Source: Isoptericola halotolerans (lineage in GTDB: Bacteria > Actinomycetota > Actinomycetes > Actinomycetales > Cellulomonadaceae). Taken from it: 64,000 nt of DNA. The stretch's first letter is position 1. Each line of letters starts with the position of its first letter. Below the pieces are notes generated by a model that ran no database searches, was not told the origin of the DNA, and was given only the letters and a program-made list of their open reading frames with translations. Where the stretch lies: contig NZ_JABEZU010000001.1 in NCBI RefSeq assembly GCF_013149785.1, forward strand, positions 744,001 to 808,000, in the 5' to 3' direction. The translations under genes were made by a program, and so were the position numbers. Of this stretch, positions 29,391 to 38,900 are shown one piece after another.

Positions 29391-30916
29391 GCGACGTGGT
29401 CTGTGCGGGCTGCGGGTCGGGCCAGCGTGCCGGGGCACCGTACTGTGCCGTGTGCGGGCAGGAGTTCCCGCGCACCGGGCGACCGGTGGAGATCTCTCCG
29501 GACGGCCCGCGGGGCGGCGTCCAGCAGGCTTTCGGGCAGCAGGCGCACGGCGGGGGTGACCCGGGCGACCCCGTCTCGATGATGCACACCGGCACCACGG
29601 AGCCCGAGCACGTGACGGCGACGCAGGTACCGGCCTCCTACCGGCAGCCTCCCGAGGAGCCGGCGGCGACACCCTCGTTCGCTCATGTGGGTCGACGCTT
29701 GGTCGCGCACCTGATCGACGGTGCGATCGCCGGGCTGCTGTTCGGGGCCGTCTACGGCGTCGGCTTCGCGTTCGTCGACCTCCCGGCAGGGGTGTACACG
29801 CCCGAGGACCCGGAGTTCGCCGCGGTCCTCGGCTCCATCCTCACCGTGCTGGGCGTCGCGCTGGCCGTCCTGCTCGGGTACGGGGTGTTCCAGCTCGTCT
29901 GGGAGGGGCGTGCCGGCCGGACGGTGGGCCACCTGATGCTCGGGATGCGCGTCCAGGGTGCCGACGACGGGATGCCGATCGGGGTGGGCCGGGCCTTCCT
30001 GCGGTACCTGGTGGTCGCCGCCGGGTCGCTGGTGCTCGGGATCGGCCAGCTCGTCGTGCTGCTCAGCCCCCTGTGGGACGCGAGCGGTCGCAAGCAGGGC
30101 TGGCACGACAAGGCCGCCAAGGCCGTGGTCGTCGACGCCCGCGCCAGGTCCACCGCAGCGGCTGCGGCACCGTCGGCGACGGCGTCACAGGCCTCCGCGC
30201 CCAGGACTCCCGCGCCCACGACCTACCCGGTGGTCCACCCGACCCCCCACCAGGCCGAGCTCCCGACGCCGGCACCCACGGTGCCACCCGCCGTCGGCGG
30301 GCTCGCCGGGCCCTCGGGTGCGTACGGCGCGGGTACCTACGGAGCGCCCGCCGCGGCGGCGCCGTCGCCGCCCGTCGCCGACAGCCTCATCACCGGGGTG
30401 CCCGGCGTGACGAGCGACAGCCCGGCACCGGCTCCCGCCGTCGCCCCCGAGGCCACCCCGGACGCCGCCCCCCAGGCCCCGGACGCCGCGCCCGACGCCC
30501 TGCCCTCCGAGCACACCTCGTTCGGGGAGACGCGGATGCAGGCACCGGCTCAGCGCCAGGCGCTCTCGCCCGCGCCGGTGGCAGCCGTCGAGCTCGAGCT
30601 CGAGTCGGGCGCCCGGCAGACCGTCGACCGGCTCGCCCGGATCGGCCGGAACCCGGACGCCGCCACCGGCGAGGAGGTCCTGCTCATCCGGATCGAGGAC
30701 CCGAGCCGGTCCGTGTCGAAGAACCACGCCGACCTCGGGGTCGACTCCGCGGGCCTGTGGCTGACCGACCGGGGATCCACCAACGGCACCGTCATCTCGG
30801 CGGCAGGGCTGCCGCCCCGGGTGGCGGAGCCCGGCGCACGGGTCCGCGTCCCGATGGGTTCGACCATCCACGTGGGCGACCGGCAGGTCGTCGTCCACCC
30901 GGGACGCGGCGCATGA
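29387..30916 (+). CDS. Zinc-ribbon + RDD + Pro/Ala linker + FHA domain membrane protein
   Basis: CAGC..CAVC, RRLVAHLID / G.TVG..LG.RV / GWHDK (RDD), and IGRNP..SVSKNHA..DRGSTNGT (FHA). Confidence 0.88.
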   Translation: MSDVVCAGCGSGQRAGAPYCAVCGQEFPRTGRPVEISPDGPRGGVQQAFGQQAHGGGDPGDPVSMMHTGTTEPEHVTATQVPASYRQPPEEPAATPSFAHVGRRLVAHLIDGAIAGLLFGAVYGVGFAFVDLPAGVYTPEDPEFAAVLGSILTVLGVALAVLLGYGVFQLVWEGRAGRTVGHLMLGMRVQGADDGMPIGVGRAFLRYLVVAAGSLVLGIGQLVVLLSPLWDASGRKQGWHDKAAKAVVVDARARSTAAAAAPSATASQASAPRTPAPTTYPVVHPTPHQAELPTPAPTVPPAVGGLAGPSGAYGAGTYGAPAAAAPSPPVADSLITGVPGVTSDSPAPAPAVAPEATPDAAPQAPDAAPDALPSEHTSFGETRMQAPAQRQALSPAPVAAVELELESGARQTVDRLARIGRNPDAATGEEVLLIRIEDPSRSVSKNHADLGVDSAGLWLTDRGSTNGTVISAAGLPPRVAEPGARVRVPMGSTIHVGDRQVVVHPGRGA

Positions 30917-31767
30917 CCGCCGGCGAGCTCGTGCTGAGCTGGGGTGCCGCGACGCACGAAGGGCTCCGGCGCCGCGTCAACGAGGACGGCTTCCTCGCGG
31001 GCGACGGTGTGTTCCTCGTGGCCGACGGCATGGGTGGTCACGACGCCGGGGAGGTCGCGAGCGCCCTGGCCCTCGAGGCACTGAGCCCGCTGCGTGACGT
31101 CACCCGGGTCGACCCCGACGTCGTCGTCGGCCTCGTCACGGCGGCGCAGGCGCGCATCCGCGGCATCGACACGGGCCCTGGGGGGCGCGCCGCCGGCACC
31201 ACCCTGACCGGTGCGGTGGTCGCCTACCAGGACGACGTGCCCTACTGGCTGTTCGTGAACGTCGGTGACTCCCGCACGTACCTGCTGTCCGGCGGCACGC
31301 TGGACCAGGTGAGCGTGGACCACTCGGAGGTCCAGCAGCTCGTCGACGCGGGGCTGCTCACGGAGGAGGAAGCCCGCCGGCACCCGCGCCGGAACGTGGT
31401 CACGCGGGCGCTCGGGGCGGACGAGACGCCTGCCCCGGACTTCCGCTACGTGCCGGTGGTCCTGGACGACCGGCTCCTGGTCTGCTCCGACGGGCTGACC
31501 GTCGAGCTCACGGACGAGCGCATCACCCAGGTGCTGCTCGACCACGCGGACCCGCAGCAGGCGGCCGCCCGCCTGGTCGACGAGGCGATCGCCGCCGGGG
31601 GGCGGGACAACATCACGGTCGTCGTCGTCGACGTCACGGGCGGGAACGACGCCGACCGGACGGTCACGAGCCCGCGGGGCGCCTGGGAGCCGGACGAGGA
31701 CACGGTGCCGAGCGGTGCGTCGGCCCCAGGTCGGGACGGTTCGCCACGAGCACAGGAGGACGCATGA
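30913..31767 (+). CDS. PP2C-family Ser/Thr phosphatase
   Basis: RRVNED, VADGMGGH, NVGDSR, RNVVTRALG, CSDGL and GGRDNIT. Confidence 0.95.
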   Translation: MTAGELVLSWGAATHEGLRRRVNEDGFLAGDGVFLVADGMGGHDAGEVASALALEALSPLRDVTRVDPDVVVGLVTAAQARIRGIDTGPGGRAAGTTLTGAVVAYQDDVPYWLFVNVGDSRTYLLSGGTLDQVSVDHSEVQQLVDAGLLTEEEARRHPRRNVVTRALGADETPAPDFRYVPVVLDDRLLVCSDGLTVELTDERITQVLLDHADPQQAAARLVDEAIAAGGRDNITVVVVDVTGGNDADRTVTSPRGAWEPDEDTVPSGASAPGRDGSPRAQEDA

Positions 31768-33521
31768 CGACCGCCGAGTACACCGAGGGCACCGCCCGTG
31801 CGATCGTGCGCGGCGACACGGTGGTGCTGCTTCCGGAGCCGGTGAGCGCCGAGCTGGTCGACCGGGTCTGGGCCGTGCTGCCCGACGCGAGCGCACCGGA
31901 CGGCGACGCCGGGGCACCGTCCGGCGGCGTGGTCGCCGTCGTCGGGGTCCTCGCCCACGTCTCGGGCACCCTCACGGACATCCCGCCGTTCGCGGTGGCC
32001 ACCTGGGACGCGTCCCGGCGGACCGCCCGCGTCGCCGTGCGCGGCACGGCGGCCTCCGTCGTCGTCACGACCGACGACGGAGAGGCAGAGATCACGGGTG
32101 CCGACGTGCTGATGTGGGCCGAACGAGTCGTCGAGGGTGCGACGGGGATCCACGTGCGCAGCGCCGGTGCGGAGAGCGCCGCCCCGGTGTGGCCGCTGCT
32201 GGGCGGCGTGGTCCGGGCGTCCACGGTGCGCTGCGGTGAGCACGAGCACGCGTCGACCACCACCGCTGCCGCACCGGCCGCGCCGGACCTGGAGACGCCC
32301 GACGACCCGGGCACCTGGCCCGTCCCCGGGCAGCGAACGCTCGTCGCGCCGTCGGACGCACCGCTCAGCCAGGAGACCATCGTCGGCAGCGTCGAGGCGC
32401 CCCCGGTGCCGACGGGGGCGAGCCCCGCCGAGGAACCCGTGGCGCCCGCCGCCGCGCCGGGCTCCACGGACGCCGACCCCGCCCGCGACGCCGGGGCGTC
32501 GGTCGCTTCTGCGGACGCGGAGCCGGGTCCGGGTGATCCTGGGGTCTCCGAGAACACGATGCTGGGCGACGACGGGGACGGCTACGAGCACCTCTTCGGC
32601 GACACCGTCTTCCGCCGGGTCGAGGACGCCGCCGTCCGGGTCGTCGAGGAGGATGACGACGCACCGTCGGACGCCGTGCCGCCCGTCGAGCCGGCGGCCG
32701 TCGAGCCGGTGCCCTCCGCTCCCGTCTCGTCCCTCACCCTCGCACCGGACGCGCCCTCGCAGCCCGATCTCGCGCCCGGGGACGGGCTCATCGCCGAGGT
32801 GCCCGGTGCTGGTGGGCCGCCGCCGTCGTCGCCGCTGGCCGGCACCCCCGGTGCCGTCTCCCGGGCGGCAGCCGTCGACTCCGCACCGCAGGCCGGTCCG
32901 AGCGTGGACGCCGGTCAGGACGGCCTCGACGACCACGACGGCCACACCATCATGTCCGGCGAGCTCGCGGCGCTGCGCGAGGCCGCCGGGGACGTCCCGC
33001 AGTTCAGCGTCCCGGCACCCCCCGGGGCGCAGGACGTGCTGGCCCTGACCTGTCCGCAGGGCCACCCGAACCCCCCGACGCGGGAGCTCTGCCGCACCTG
33101 TCGCACGCCGCTCGACGGTGACCCGCGGCTCGTGCCACGTCCCCTGCTGGGCCGCATCCTCGTCTCCTCCGGGGTGGCCACGGGCGGCACGATCGACGTG
33201 GACGGCGGCCAGGCGGTCGAGCTCGACCGGGACGTCGTGGTGGGGCGCCGCCCGCGCACGTCGACGACGTCGGCGGACCGGATCCCGCGTCTCGTGACCG
33301 TCACGAGCCCCCAGCACGACATCTCGCGGTCGCACGTCGAGGTCACGCTCGAGGAGTGGCACGTGCTGGTCGAGGACCTCGCCACCACCAACGGCACGAT
33401 GCTGCTGCGTCCCGGCCAGGAGCCGCGGCGCCTGCACCCGCACCAGAAGGAGATCGTCGCGGACGGTGACGTGGTCGAGCTCGGCGACGGCGTCACCCTG
33501 ACGTTCGAGGGGATCTGGTGA
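31764..33521 (+). CDS. FHA domain protein with internal zinc ribbon and low-complexity linker
   Basis: CPQGH.N......CRTC, then VVGRRP..ISRSHV..DLATTNGT. Confidence 0.88.
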   Translation: MTTAEYTEGTARAIVRGDTVVLLPEPVSAELVDRVWAVLPDASAPDGDAGAPSGGVVAVVGVLAHVSGTLTDIPPFAVATWDASRRTARVAVRGTAASVVVTTDDGEAEITGADVLMWAERVVEGATGIHVRSAGAESAAPVWPLLGGVVRASTVRCGEHEHASTTTAAAPAAPDLETPDDPGTWPVPGQRTLVAPSDAPLSQETIVGSVEAPPVPTGASPAEEPVAPAAAPGSTDADPARDAGASVASADAEPGPGDPGVSENTMLGDDGDGYEHLFGDTVFRRVEDAAVRVVEEDDDAPSDAVPPVEPAAVEPVPSAPVSSLTLAPDAPSQPDLAPGDGLIAEVPGAGGPPPSSPLAGTPGAVSRAAAVDSAPQAGPSVDAGQDGLDDHDGHTIMSGELAALREAAGDVPQFSVPAPPGAQDVLALTCPQGHPNPPTRELCRTCRTPLDGDPRLVPRPLLGRILVSSGVATGGTIDVDGGQAVELDRDVVVGRRPRTSTTSADRIPRLVTVTSPQHDISRSHVEVTLEEWHVLVEDLATTNGTMLLRPGQEPRRLHPHQKEIVADGDVVELGDGVTLTFEGIW

Positions 33522-33528
33522 GGCGCGG

Positions 33529-35199
33529 ATGAGCAGCAAGCGCGCGCCGTCGGCGCCCCCGGAGATCCCCGGCTACGAGTTCCGCCAGCTCATCGGCTCC
33601 GGCGGGTTCTCGGACGTCTTCCTGTACGAGCAGCGCCGTCCGCGGCGGCAGGTCGCCGTCAAGGTGCTCCTCAAGGAGTGGTCCAGCGACACGCAGCGGG
33701 CGGCCTTCGACGCCGAGGCCGACCTCATGGCCACGCTCGGCAACCACCCCTCGATCGTCACGATGTTCGAGGCCGGGGTGGCCCCGGACAACCGTCCGTA
33801 CCTCGCGATGGAGCACTGCTCGCGGCCGAACCTGGGGTCGCGGTACCGCCGCGAGAGGTTCTCCGTGGCCGAGGCGATGCGCACCACGATCCAGATCGCC
33901 GGAGCGGTCGAGACCGCGCACCGGCTCGGGATCCTGCACCGGGACATCAAGCCCGCGAACATCCTGGTGACCCAGTTCGGGCACCCGGTGCTCACGGACT
34001 TCGGCATCTCCTCGACCGTGGACTCGGCGTCGGTGGCCGAGGGCATGTCGATCCCGTGGTCGCCGCCCGAGTCCTTCGGCGACCCGCCGGTGAGCGGCAT
34101 CGCCACGGACGTCTGGGCCCTCGGTGCCACCTGCTACACGCTGCTGGCCGGCCGCACGCCGTTCGAGGTGCCGGGCGGGTCGAACGCGTCTGCCGACCTC
34201 ATGAGTCGCATCGCGACGGCCCCGCTGCCCGGCACCGGTCGCGGAGACGTGCCGGACTCCCTCGAACGGGTGCTCCGCATCGCGATGGCCAAGCACCCGT
34301 CGTCGCGGTACCCGACGGCCCTGGCGTTCGCCCGCGCGATGCAGCAGGTCCAGGTCGAGCTGGCGCGCGACATGACGCCGATCGACATCCTCGACGAGTC
34401 CGGTGGGGTGCACGCCGAGGACGACGACGCCGCGGACGGCACGCGGATGAACCGGATCACCGCGATCGACCCCGGGCAGGCGCCGCCGGACGCCGGGCAG
34501 CCCCGTGCAGCGGCATCGCCGGCCCCGGCCGGCTCGCCGGTCTCCGCGAGCTCGGCGGCGAGCCCTGTGGTCCCGGGCGGTCCGGTACCCGTAGCGGGCG
34601 GCCCGCCGGTGCCGTCGGTCGGTGGATCCGCGTCCGTGGGCTCCGGCCCTGGCTCGGTGCCCACGGTCCAGGGCGGGTCGCAGTGGGCCCTCCCCCTGGA
34701 CGAGACGGTCCATCGGGCGCCGGAGCCGGCGTCGAGCACCCCGGACGACGGCGGGGACGACGACGCGCGGTCACGACGGGCGTGGTGGCCTCTCGTGGGC
34801 GGCGCCGTCGGGCTGCTGGGCGTCGGCGCCCTCGTCTGGTGGCTGTCCACCGGGACGGGTGGGCCGCAGGACGTCGAGCCGGAGGCCGGACCGACGGACG
34901 TCAACCCGGTCGAGGCGGTCGGGGGGTACGTCCCCCCTGTCCGTGGACTGGATGCCGAGGTCGCCGGTGACGAGGTCGTGGTCACCTGGGAGCCGCCTCG
35001 CGAGACGCGAGAGGGCGACGTCTACGGGTGGCGGCAGCTGTCCCTGACCGGGCAGTCGCCGTACCAGGAGGTCGGCGAGACGACGGTGCGGGTCCCCGCC
35101 GACCCGGCGCAGGACGTCTGCGTCGAGGTGGTCGTGGTGCGGGACGGCAAGCAGTCCGCTCAGGCCGAGCAGGTGTGCGTCGGTTCCGACGAGGCATGA
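33529..35199 (+). CDS. Hanks-type Ser/Thr protein kinase, single TM, small extracellular domain
   Basis: IGSGGFSDV, VAVK, HRDIKPAN, DFG and DVWALG motifs, with TM WWPLVGGAVGLLGVGALVWWL. Confidence 0.95.
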   Translation: MSSKRAPSAPPEIPGYEFRQLIGSGGFSDVFLYEQRRPRRQVAVKVLLKEWSSDTQRAAFDAEADLMATLGNHPSIVTMFEAGVAPDNRPYLAMEHCSRPNLGSRYRRERFSVAEAMRTTIQIAGAVETAHRLGILHRDIKPANILVTQFGHPVLTDFGISSTVDSASVAEGMSIPWSPPESFGDPPVSGIATDVWALGATCYTLLAGRTPFEVPGGSNASADLMSRIATAPLPGTGRGDVPDSLERVLRIAMAKHPSSRYPTALAFARAMQQVQVELARDMTPIDILDESGGVHAEDDDAADGTRMNRITAIDPGQAPPDAGQPRAAASPAPAGSPVSASSAASPVVPGGPVPVAGGPPVPSVGGSASVGSGPGSVPTVQGGSQWALPLDETVHRAPEPASSTPDDGGDDDARSRRAWWPLVGGAVGLLGVGALVWWLSTGTGGPQDVEPEAGPTDVNPVEAVGGYVPPVRGLDAEVAGDEVVVTWEPPRETREGDVYGWRQLSLTGQSPYQEVGETTVRVPADPAQDVCVEVVVVRDGKQSAQAEQVCVGSDEA

Positions 35200-35218
35200 C
35201 GACGAGGACGGGGGAGAG

Positions 35219-35914
35219 ATGAGCGAGCTGGCGATCGAGTTCTGCGGCGAGTGGTTCCACCCGGAGCCCGGTGAGCCGTTCGACGTCGGGCGTGAGGGCG
35301 ACCTCGCCATCGACGACAACCTCTACCTGCACCGCCGCTTCCTCCGGTTCGCCCGGGAGGACGGGATCTGGTGGCTGAGCAACATCGGCTCCGCGGTCGC
35401 GGCGACGGTCTGCGACCAGCGGGGCGGGGTCCAGTCCTGGCTGCCGCCCGGCAACCGCCTGCCGGTCGTGTTCCCGACGACGTCCGTGGTCTTCACGGCC
35501 GGCCCGACCACGTACGAGCTGACCGCCACCCTCACGGACGCCCCGTACGCGGAGGTCAACGCCGAGGAGCCCGCCACCGGGGACACCACCATCGGGGCCG
35601 TCCAGTTCACCATCAGCCAGAAGCAGCTGATCGTCGCGCTGTCCGAACCCATGCTGCGGCGCGAGGGCACCGGGCTGAGCGAGATCCCGTCCAGCGCGGA
35701 CGCGGCACGTCGGCTCGGGTGGGCCACCACCCGGTTCAACCGCAAGCTCGACAACGTCTGCGACAAGCTCGACCGCATCGGCGTCAAGGGCCTGCGCGGC
35801 GGGCCCGGCGGGGCGGCGACCAACCGGCGCGCGCGGCTCGTCGAGCACGCGGTCACCTCTCGCCTCGTGACCCAGGAAGACCTGCCGCTCCTCGATCTGA
35901 AGGACCCTGCCTGA
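35219..35914 (+). CDS. Hypothetical protein: degenerate FHA-like N-terminus plus C-terminal helix-turn-helix, candidate regulator
   Basis: FDVGREGDL...LHRRF...WWLSNIGS resembles FHA. IPSSADAARRLGWATTRFNRKLDNVCDKL resembles an HTH. Function is inferred. Confidence 0.7.
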   Translation: MSELAIEFCGEWFHPEPGEPFDVGREGDLAIDDNLYLHRRFLRFAREDGIWWLSNIGSAVAATVCDQRGGVQSWLPPGNRLPVVFPTTSVVFTAGPTTYELTATLTDAPYAEVNAEEPATGDTTIGAVQFTISQKQLIVALSEPMLRREGTGLSEIPSSADAARRLGWATTRFNRKLDNVCDKLDRIGVKGLRGGPGGAATNRRARLVEHAVTSRLVTQEDLPLLDLKDPA

Positions 35915-35915
35915 C

Positions 35916-38900
35916 GTGCGCATCAAGCTGACCCTGAGCCGGCCCGACGAGTCCGCCGTCAACGTGGCCGTCACCGCCGACGCCACCGCCACGGTCCGCG
36001 ACGTCGCCGAGGTGCTCTTCTCCGCCGACCCGACCCGTCACGGCGCAGCGGCCCCGGACAACCTCACGCTGCAGGTGCTGGGTGACAGCTCGGCGCAGCG
36101 TAACGTCACCGCGGGCCGGGTGCTCACGCCGACCAGCGACCTCGTGCAGGCCGGGCTGCGCTCCGGCTCGGCCGTGTCGATCGTGCGGGTCTCGGAGCAG
36201 TTCGTCCACCCGGGGCAGGAGCGCGGTGCCGCCGTGGCGGTGCTGCGGGTGCTGGAGGGGCCCGACGCCGGCCGGGAGTTCCACCTGCCCGTCGGCACGT
36301 CCTACCTCGGTCGCGACCGGGACATGGACGTCCGGCTCCAGGACCCGCAGGTCTCGAAGCGCCACGCCCGGATCGTCGTGGGCGAGCAGGTCGAGATCCA
36401 CGACCTGGACTCCGCGAACGGGCTCGTGATGGGCGGCCAGCGGATGACGCGGTCGGCGCTGACGTCGTCCGACACCGTGACGGTGGGCGGCAGCGTCGTG
36501 TCCGTCGTGAGCCTGCACCGGTCGACCAGCCTGGTCCCCACCAGCCCGGTGGTCGAGTTCAACCGGTCACCTCGCGTGGTCGCCCGGTTCGCGGAGACGG
36601 AGATCGCGTCGCCCAAGCCGCCGCGCCCGAAGACCCCGCGCGGGTTGCCGTGGCTGCCCATGATGGTGCCCGCCATCATGGGCCTGGTGCTCTGGTGGAT
36701 CTTCCAGAACCCCCGGATGCTCGTGTTCATGTTCATGAGCCCGATGATCATGGTCGCGATGTACCTCGACCGCAAGCACAACGCGAAGAAGGAGTTCGAG
36801 GAGGCCACGCGCCTGTTCGAGGAGTCCGTCGCGGCGACCCGGGAGCGGATCACCAAGACGCACGCGGTGGAGCGCGCGGTCCGGCGTTCCGAGGCGCCGG
36901 CGCTCGCGGAGGCCATCGACGCCGTGCGGCGGCTCGGCGGACTGATGTGGACCCACCGTCCCGAGCACCGAGGGTTCCTGACCCTCCGGCTCGGCATGGG
37001 CAGCGCCCCCGCGCGGACGAAGTTCGCCCAGCCGCGCGAGAACGAAGCCCTCCCGGAGCACTGGGAGATGGTGCTGGACCTGCAGGAACGGTGCTCGGTC
37101 ATCGATGACGTCCCCACGGTCGCCGCCCTGCGCTACGGGGGGAACGTCGGGCTTGCCGGACCCAGCGGACCGGTGGAGTCGGTCGCGCGGGCGGCGCTGC
37201 TGCAGCTCGTCGCCCTGCACTCCCCGGCCGAGATGGTCGTCACCGCCCTCACGTCGCACCGGTCCCGCGAGGACTGGGAGTGGCTGCAGTGGGTGCCCCA
37301 CACCGGGTCGCCGCACAGCCCGCTCGGAGCCTCCGACCACCTGGCGAGCGACCCCGGGCGTGGTGCGTCGCTGCTCGCCCGTCTGGAGGGTCTCATCGAG
37401 TCGCGCGGTGGCGTGCTCGACGGCCCTCCGCCGTTCGAGGGGGAGCGCGACGCGGAGAAGGACCGGGAGGACCGTGCGCCGAAGCCCGTGCTGCCCGCCG
37501 TCGTCGTCCTGGTCGAGGACGACGCCCCCCTCGACCGGTCGCGGCTCGTCCGACTCGCCGAGCGGGGCCCGGCGGCGAACGTGCACGTGGTGTGGGTCGC
37601 CCCGACCGTGGAACAGCTCCCGGCGGCCTGCCGGACCTTCGTGCTGCTCGACCCGCAGTCCCGTGACGAGAACGGGATGACCGGCGAGGTGCACTACGGA
37701 CGGCTGACGTACCCGGTCTCCTGCGAGACCGCGGACCTGGCGACCGCCCACGAGGTGGCGCGGATCCTGTCGCCCGTGGTCGACGTCGGCGCACCGGTGG
37801 AGGACGAGTCGGACCTGCCCCGCGCGGTGTCCTACCTGGCGCTGGCCGGGACCGACCTCGGCTCGGACGCGGCCGGCGTCGTCGAGCGGTGGCGGGAGAA
37901 CCTGTCGCTCACGCCGCGTGACGGGTCGGCGCCCGTCCGCCGCAAGAGCCCGACGAACCTGAGGGCGCTGGTCGGCCACAACGGGGTCGAGGAGTTCTAC
38001 CTCGACCTGCGCACCCAGGGCCCGCACGCACTGGTGGGTGGGACCACCGGTGCGGGCAAGTCGGAGTTCCTCCAGTCCTGGGTGCTCGGGATGGCGGCGG
38101 CGCACAGCCCGGACCGCGTCACGTTCCTCTTCGTGGACTACAAGGGCGGCGCCGCCTTCGCCGACTGCGTGGACCTGCCGCACACGGTCGGTCTGGTGAC
38201 GGACCTGTCCCCGCACCTCGTGCGACGCGCGCTGTCCTCCTTGCGTGCCGAGCTGCACCACCGCGAGCACCTGCTCAACCGCAAGAAGGCGAAGGACCTC
38301 GCCTCCCTGGAGAAGACCGGGGACCCGGAGGCGCCGCCCAGCCTGATCATCGTGGTGGACGAGTTCGCGGCGCTCGTGGGCGAGGTCCCCGAGTTCGTCG
38401 ACGGGGTGGTCGACGTCGCTCAGCGAGGACGCTCGCTCGGCCTGCACCTGATCCTGGCGACCCAGCGTCCTGCCGGTGTCATCAAGGACAACCTGCGCGC
38501 GAACACCAACCTGCGGATCGCGCTGCGCATGGCCGACGAGTCCGACTCCAAGGACGTGCTCGACGACGAGATGGCGGCGCACTTCTCCCCGTCGATCCCC
38601 GGCCGTGGTGCGGCCAAGACCGGGCCGGGACGCATCACCACGTTCCAGACCGGGTACGCCGGTGGGTGGACCCGTGACGAGCCGGACCCGACGCAGGTCG
38701 AGGTCGAAGAGCTGGACTTCGGCACGGGTCGCCGGTGGGAGATGCCGGCCCCGGAGCTTCCGGAGGCCGGGGACCCGGGCCCGAACGACATCTCGAGGAT
38801 GGTGGCGACGATCCGGCAGGCGGCCACCAGCGCCGGGGTGCCGGCCCCCCGCAAGCCGTGGCTCGAGGAGCTGGCCGCCACGTACGACCTCGCGCTGCTG

